Source of the DNA: Balanoglossus misakiensis
Taxonomy: Eukaryota > Animalia > Hemichordata
Assembly (NCBI GenBank): GCA_040954595.2
Contig: CM082581.2
Location: 3,402,699 to 3,466,698, forward strand
Direction: 5' to 3'
DNA: 64,000 bases
The position numbers and the translations under genes were made by a program. Shown here one piece after another: positions 41,333-64,000 of this stretch (positions are counted from its first letter, which is position 1; each line of letters starts with the position of its first letter). The notes under the pieces were generated by a model, which saw nothing but the letters and a program-made list of their open reading frames with translations, did not search any database and had not been told where the DNA came from.

Positions 41333-44089
41333 ACCCTCGTTGTCCAAAGAAGGTTTTTGAGAAGATGTGTATACGTGATAATTGCAGGTTTGAGACAGTT
41401 CCAGTTTTCAGTTAATTTCTGGTGGCAGTGAGTCGATGACACTTTTGAGAAGGGTCGGAATGGGATCACGACAGCATGATTTTGACAGCAATGACGCGAT
41501 GATTTCCTTAAGTTCCTCTGTTGTCATGGGTACAAAATTAAAGAATGTAGTAGGTGATAAAGACTAGCCCACCGGTCGCTTGGTGATTTTTTTGTATTTA
41601 TAAAGATTCTCAATACTTTTCGTGTATAAAATTTCTTGCTTTGGGCGAGTTTCTGGTACTGAGTTGATTTTCGAATTTAGGGCTTGGCTTTCGGTTTCGG
41701 TTACCGACGCGATCCCATCGACTTGAGCACCCAATAGACTTGGTGATATTAGGGGCAGGATATGGCACAGGCGAATTACCAGATTGACTACACCATAGAC
41801 TGTGAAGCGAGTAATTTTTCAGGGTCTATGCCTACACGAATCCAACTAATCACGAATATGGGCTCTTTTGTCAATAAAGATATTTCTGAACCTGTTAGGC
41901 AGCGATCACAAAAACAGGGTGTGTGTGTATGGAAAGCACTCTGTTGATGGTTACTAGAAGTGCTTGGTCTGTGCAATTAATGCAAACTGAATAGTCTGAG
42001 AACAAATTGCGAGCTAAGGACATCAAACCATAGAGGGGACTTACTAGTAAATAGGAAGAGCGATTATATATGCTGGCAATCAGGTAAATGCATTCCCAAA
42101 TTGTGTTCAAATCAATTGTAAAGCCTCCAGAGCTGCCACTTTTTGCATTATTTTCCTGATTTTATTTTCCAACTTAAATTAGTCCATCTAAATAAGCTTA
42201 CTGATACATGAACACCTTATCGATGCCCGATTGTGACTGCATGTTGCAATTTGAACACACTATATAGTAATGGCAGCTATAGCAGCTTTAACTCAACGAC
42301 TTCTGGTCTTTGGTACTAATGCATTAATAGCGAGATCAAAGGTCCTCAGATAGGCTGCTTTCCTGTAATACAATGCTGACAGCAGACAGATTTGAGAGTA
42401 ATTCAACAAGAACAATTCCCATAGAGATTTGTGAAAGAAGTAAGAAGTTGAATGAGTGGATAGTGGGTAAGATCAAGGCTTGTGCCGGCTTGTAGAAATT
42501 TACTCAAACAGTTTCAGAATACTAACATGGTAAGTTTAGCAAAATGAAAACTTTCACACTTTGGTATTGATTATCACATACTTTTATTCTTGTTGATGTT
42601 CAAAAAAGACAAAGACAGGAATATACATGTAGTACCACAAAAGAAAATAACAGTTCCCGAGACCACTTTGCTATCAAATGTCCCTTCTTCGTAATCATGC
42701 TAAATTAAATATCTTTACAATGTAAATATCCAGATTTGATTGATGTTGATTTTAAGAGTAACAAAATGGGCTACAGTGTGTGACTATAATGAAAATCAAT
42801 TCAAGTTCAGTACAGTGTCATTCACAATAGATCTACATAGTGATACTTGAAAGAACTGAATTAAATTTTACACATAATCAGATCATTCTATGTTCATCAT
42901 TACATACAAGCTTCAAAAAATGACGGAATGAATCTCTTAGAAATGGTTTACATCAATTTTTACTCTATTACTGCAAATTATCTGCTTATGTTATAACCAT
43001 TCGTTTGTATTTACAATTATAGTTTAGAGCATGGATAAATGAAACAATATCAAGGTTATACCTAGAGTATACTGGTTTATGAAAGAACCCAGTGGAATGG
43101 ACAACAAATTTATGATGTCAGAGCCCTTGCACTATGACCTTGTAGAAATTTGAAAGTTACCGTGAATGAAAATAGTTTCATATGAAACTTTAAGATCTTC
43201 AGGGTTAGTGACGGACTTGGTCTTGTTAACATGCAATAATATATATTTTGAATAATAATACAATGTAGTTTGAATTATCTATAAATCAAGTACTTTTCAC
43301 TCATAAGGAGAAAAGGCTGTAGTGGCTTATAGAAAATATACATTTCAATAGAATATAGCAATTTGAGTACTATAATACAGGTTGAGATTTAGCTACAAAG
43401 ACTCTTGCCCCGCCCCCCCCCCTCCCCCCCCAAAAATGTATATACTAGTACTATGTACTTGTGCCTATTTTGACAAACTAAACTGTGTCCCACACAGTCC
43501 CAATGCGACTCTTACCTTCAGCTGCAGATGGGACAGCAACAATAGACTTGTATGCGGGTGAACTTGTCTCTATTGCTGCTAATAGTCGAAAGTGAATACA
43601 CCTACATGTATGAGTTTAAAATCTTCATTCTTCAAGATTTCACCTGTTTACTCCTCACTACCTTAAAGGGACAAAGAAATTGCTAGTGATTCCCGCGAGA
43701 AAAGTCCCATTACTTTTCTCTGGTAGGGTATAGTACAAACAAAACCTCAAATACAAATATAAATGCAATTTCTGCCCATTCCCCATAAAATGCACAATAA
43801 AAATAGTCTTGATATAACTCATGAAATATACACAATAATTTTCTTGCTTATGTGTTTCAAAATTCCATTGACAAAATGCACAATCTGATGTGTCATATGA
43901 TATACATGTAATGCAAATTTCTGACTTTTATGTCAAAAACTTGTTAAACTATCAAATACCAAGCGCATGGTGACCTTTGTCTTGGAAAAGCATCAAATTT
44001 CGATTGAGCTTACGGTAAGTACAACTGAAAGCTTAATATTCAAAACTATTGGTGAATAGTCTGTTTCAGTTTCAGTACATGAACATTAA

Positions 44090-44264
44090 AGGTATACAGT
44101 CACCTACAATGTACATAGGCCCATATATGGCTGAAATTGCATATTTGAGAACATATGGTGGCGCTCTCTTTTTCGCGTGTGCCACCCACTGAAAATCTGT
44201 GATTGGCTAGATCTCAATTTGCTATGGTAACTGTGGCTAAATGTCCATTGGTGACCGTATACCT
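44090..44264. mobile_element. AGGTATAC-family TTAA MITE; copies at about 46803-46975 and 57881-58067
   Basis: TTAA|AGGTATACAGTCACC ... GGTGACCGTATACCT|TTAA with a shared interior. Confidence 0.7.
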
Positions 44265-44315
44265 TTAAGTTACCATTGTCACTTTCAAATTCTCAGACTA
44301 CAATGATGTTTTTTT

Positions 44316-62828
<18,513 letters not shown>

Positions 62829-64000
62829 CTGCAGAAAAAAATCGGCGTCATTAATGACTGTGTCTCTTCTATGATTATCCTGCTGGACCGTTATACTGTA
62901 AAGCGGGAAATTTTCGCTAATGATAACTTTTTGCGAACTATACGAGAGCCAACAGTGAAAACGATAGAGTGGAATACGAGAACGTGAAAATTTATAAATT
63001 TATTTATTTCTGGTCCCAGGATGCCATCCTCAGCCACTGTCAATTCCTACGCAATTTTCACAAAACGTTTCAATGCAAAACTGGGTTGATCACACAGTGC
63101 TTTGTTGATAACATTGTAATTTTGTTAACCACATGATTCAATCATGATTTACATTTTGAAGCAGTTTTAATTTAGTACAACATCTGTAAATTTTGGAAAT
63201 AGCATGACCTCTGACTGCAAGTAAAATAAACATATATGTGTCTTATTGAAATAAGCCATGATTTTTGCACCAAATGCTTTATCATTTATTTTATGCTTAT
63301 TTCCTTAAAGCCCCAGTATTTCTCGTGTGTATCCATTTTTCATCATCGAAAAATGCCCGTTTTTCCTGTACATTCATCATGGAATACTACATAATGAAGA
63401 TAGAAGAAAGGTTTGGGCAATTGTAGCTACATGCAAGCCGAAAATATTGCCCGTAACACTTGAAATGATGCGCGGGTTTGTTTACAACGGAAATGTTGTA
63501 CATGTCGATCAGCAAACGTGCCACTTTGACATTTGATGGTCAGACCATTTTCGGATTTGATCTGGTTCCATCGACTGATTTCTCCCATAAAGTTATCTTC
63601 CCAAAATTTCGCCGAATTAGTGCGCATTTCTTCGCTGAGTCGCTTGATTTGGGGCGACCAAACCTCTTCCGCATAGATTCACATTTGAGTGCGCATGCGC
63701 ACTAGTCACGTGTGTCAACAGGAGCCTGAATCACGTGACTTTCTGTCCGGACAGAAAGTCATTCTTCACTTGTTATATTGTAAATTGTATGAGTTTATGA
63801 GCAGAGCTGGGGATGATGACTGTTCGATTCAGTATCAATTATCATCTACTTTTAGAAATTATAGATGCCGTTTCAAACAAAATTTTGCCCCTACGAGAAA
63901 TACTGAGGCTTTAACAACATGCTGACTACAATTGCCATAAATTCTTCTCTCATGGAATTCTCTTTCAATAATCTTCATAAGTCCTATACAATATTCAGTG

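Noticed and set aside
63735-63770. VKNDF as the missing upstream CYFIP exon (human SVKNDHSAYKR)
   Set aside because: It is preceded by an in-frame stop, lacks splice sites, and is part of a 24-bp palindrome in repeat-like sequence.

Overview
AT-rich, intron- and transposon-dense animal genomic DNA. The repeat landscape looks like a marine invertebrate, but the taxon is inference only. Two spliced protein-coding genes lie on the minus strand. The first is a complete WDR11 orthologue (24 coding exons, 23235->1140, about 1290 aa) whose last intron can only be read in frame as a U12-type AT-AC intron. The second is the 3' 22 exons of an unusually divergent CYFIP/Sra-1 gene (62828->44316; its N-terminus lies beyond the window). 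Between them (23.4-44 kb) are 135-bp, 91-bp and G-rich tandem arrays, a 6-copy exon+intron-like array, and scattered exon-like segments suggesting an unannotated spliced non-coding transcript or relic gene. Introns hold many non-autonomous DNA transposons. These include a decayed pogo/Tigger DD30D transposase with two nested insertions, TAG...CTA elements with 9-bp TSDs (AcademH-like, modular), two apparently identical 387-bp hAT/P-like copies, Kolobok-, piggyBac- and Tc1/pogo-like MITEs, and Crypton-like and Helentron-like elements. All coordinates were read by hand and homologies are from memory of human proteins; no searches were run. Most six-frame ORFs are spurious.
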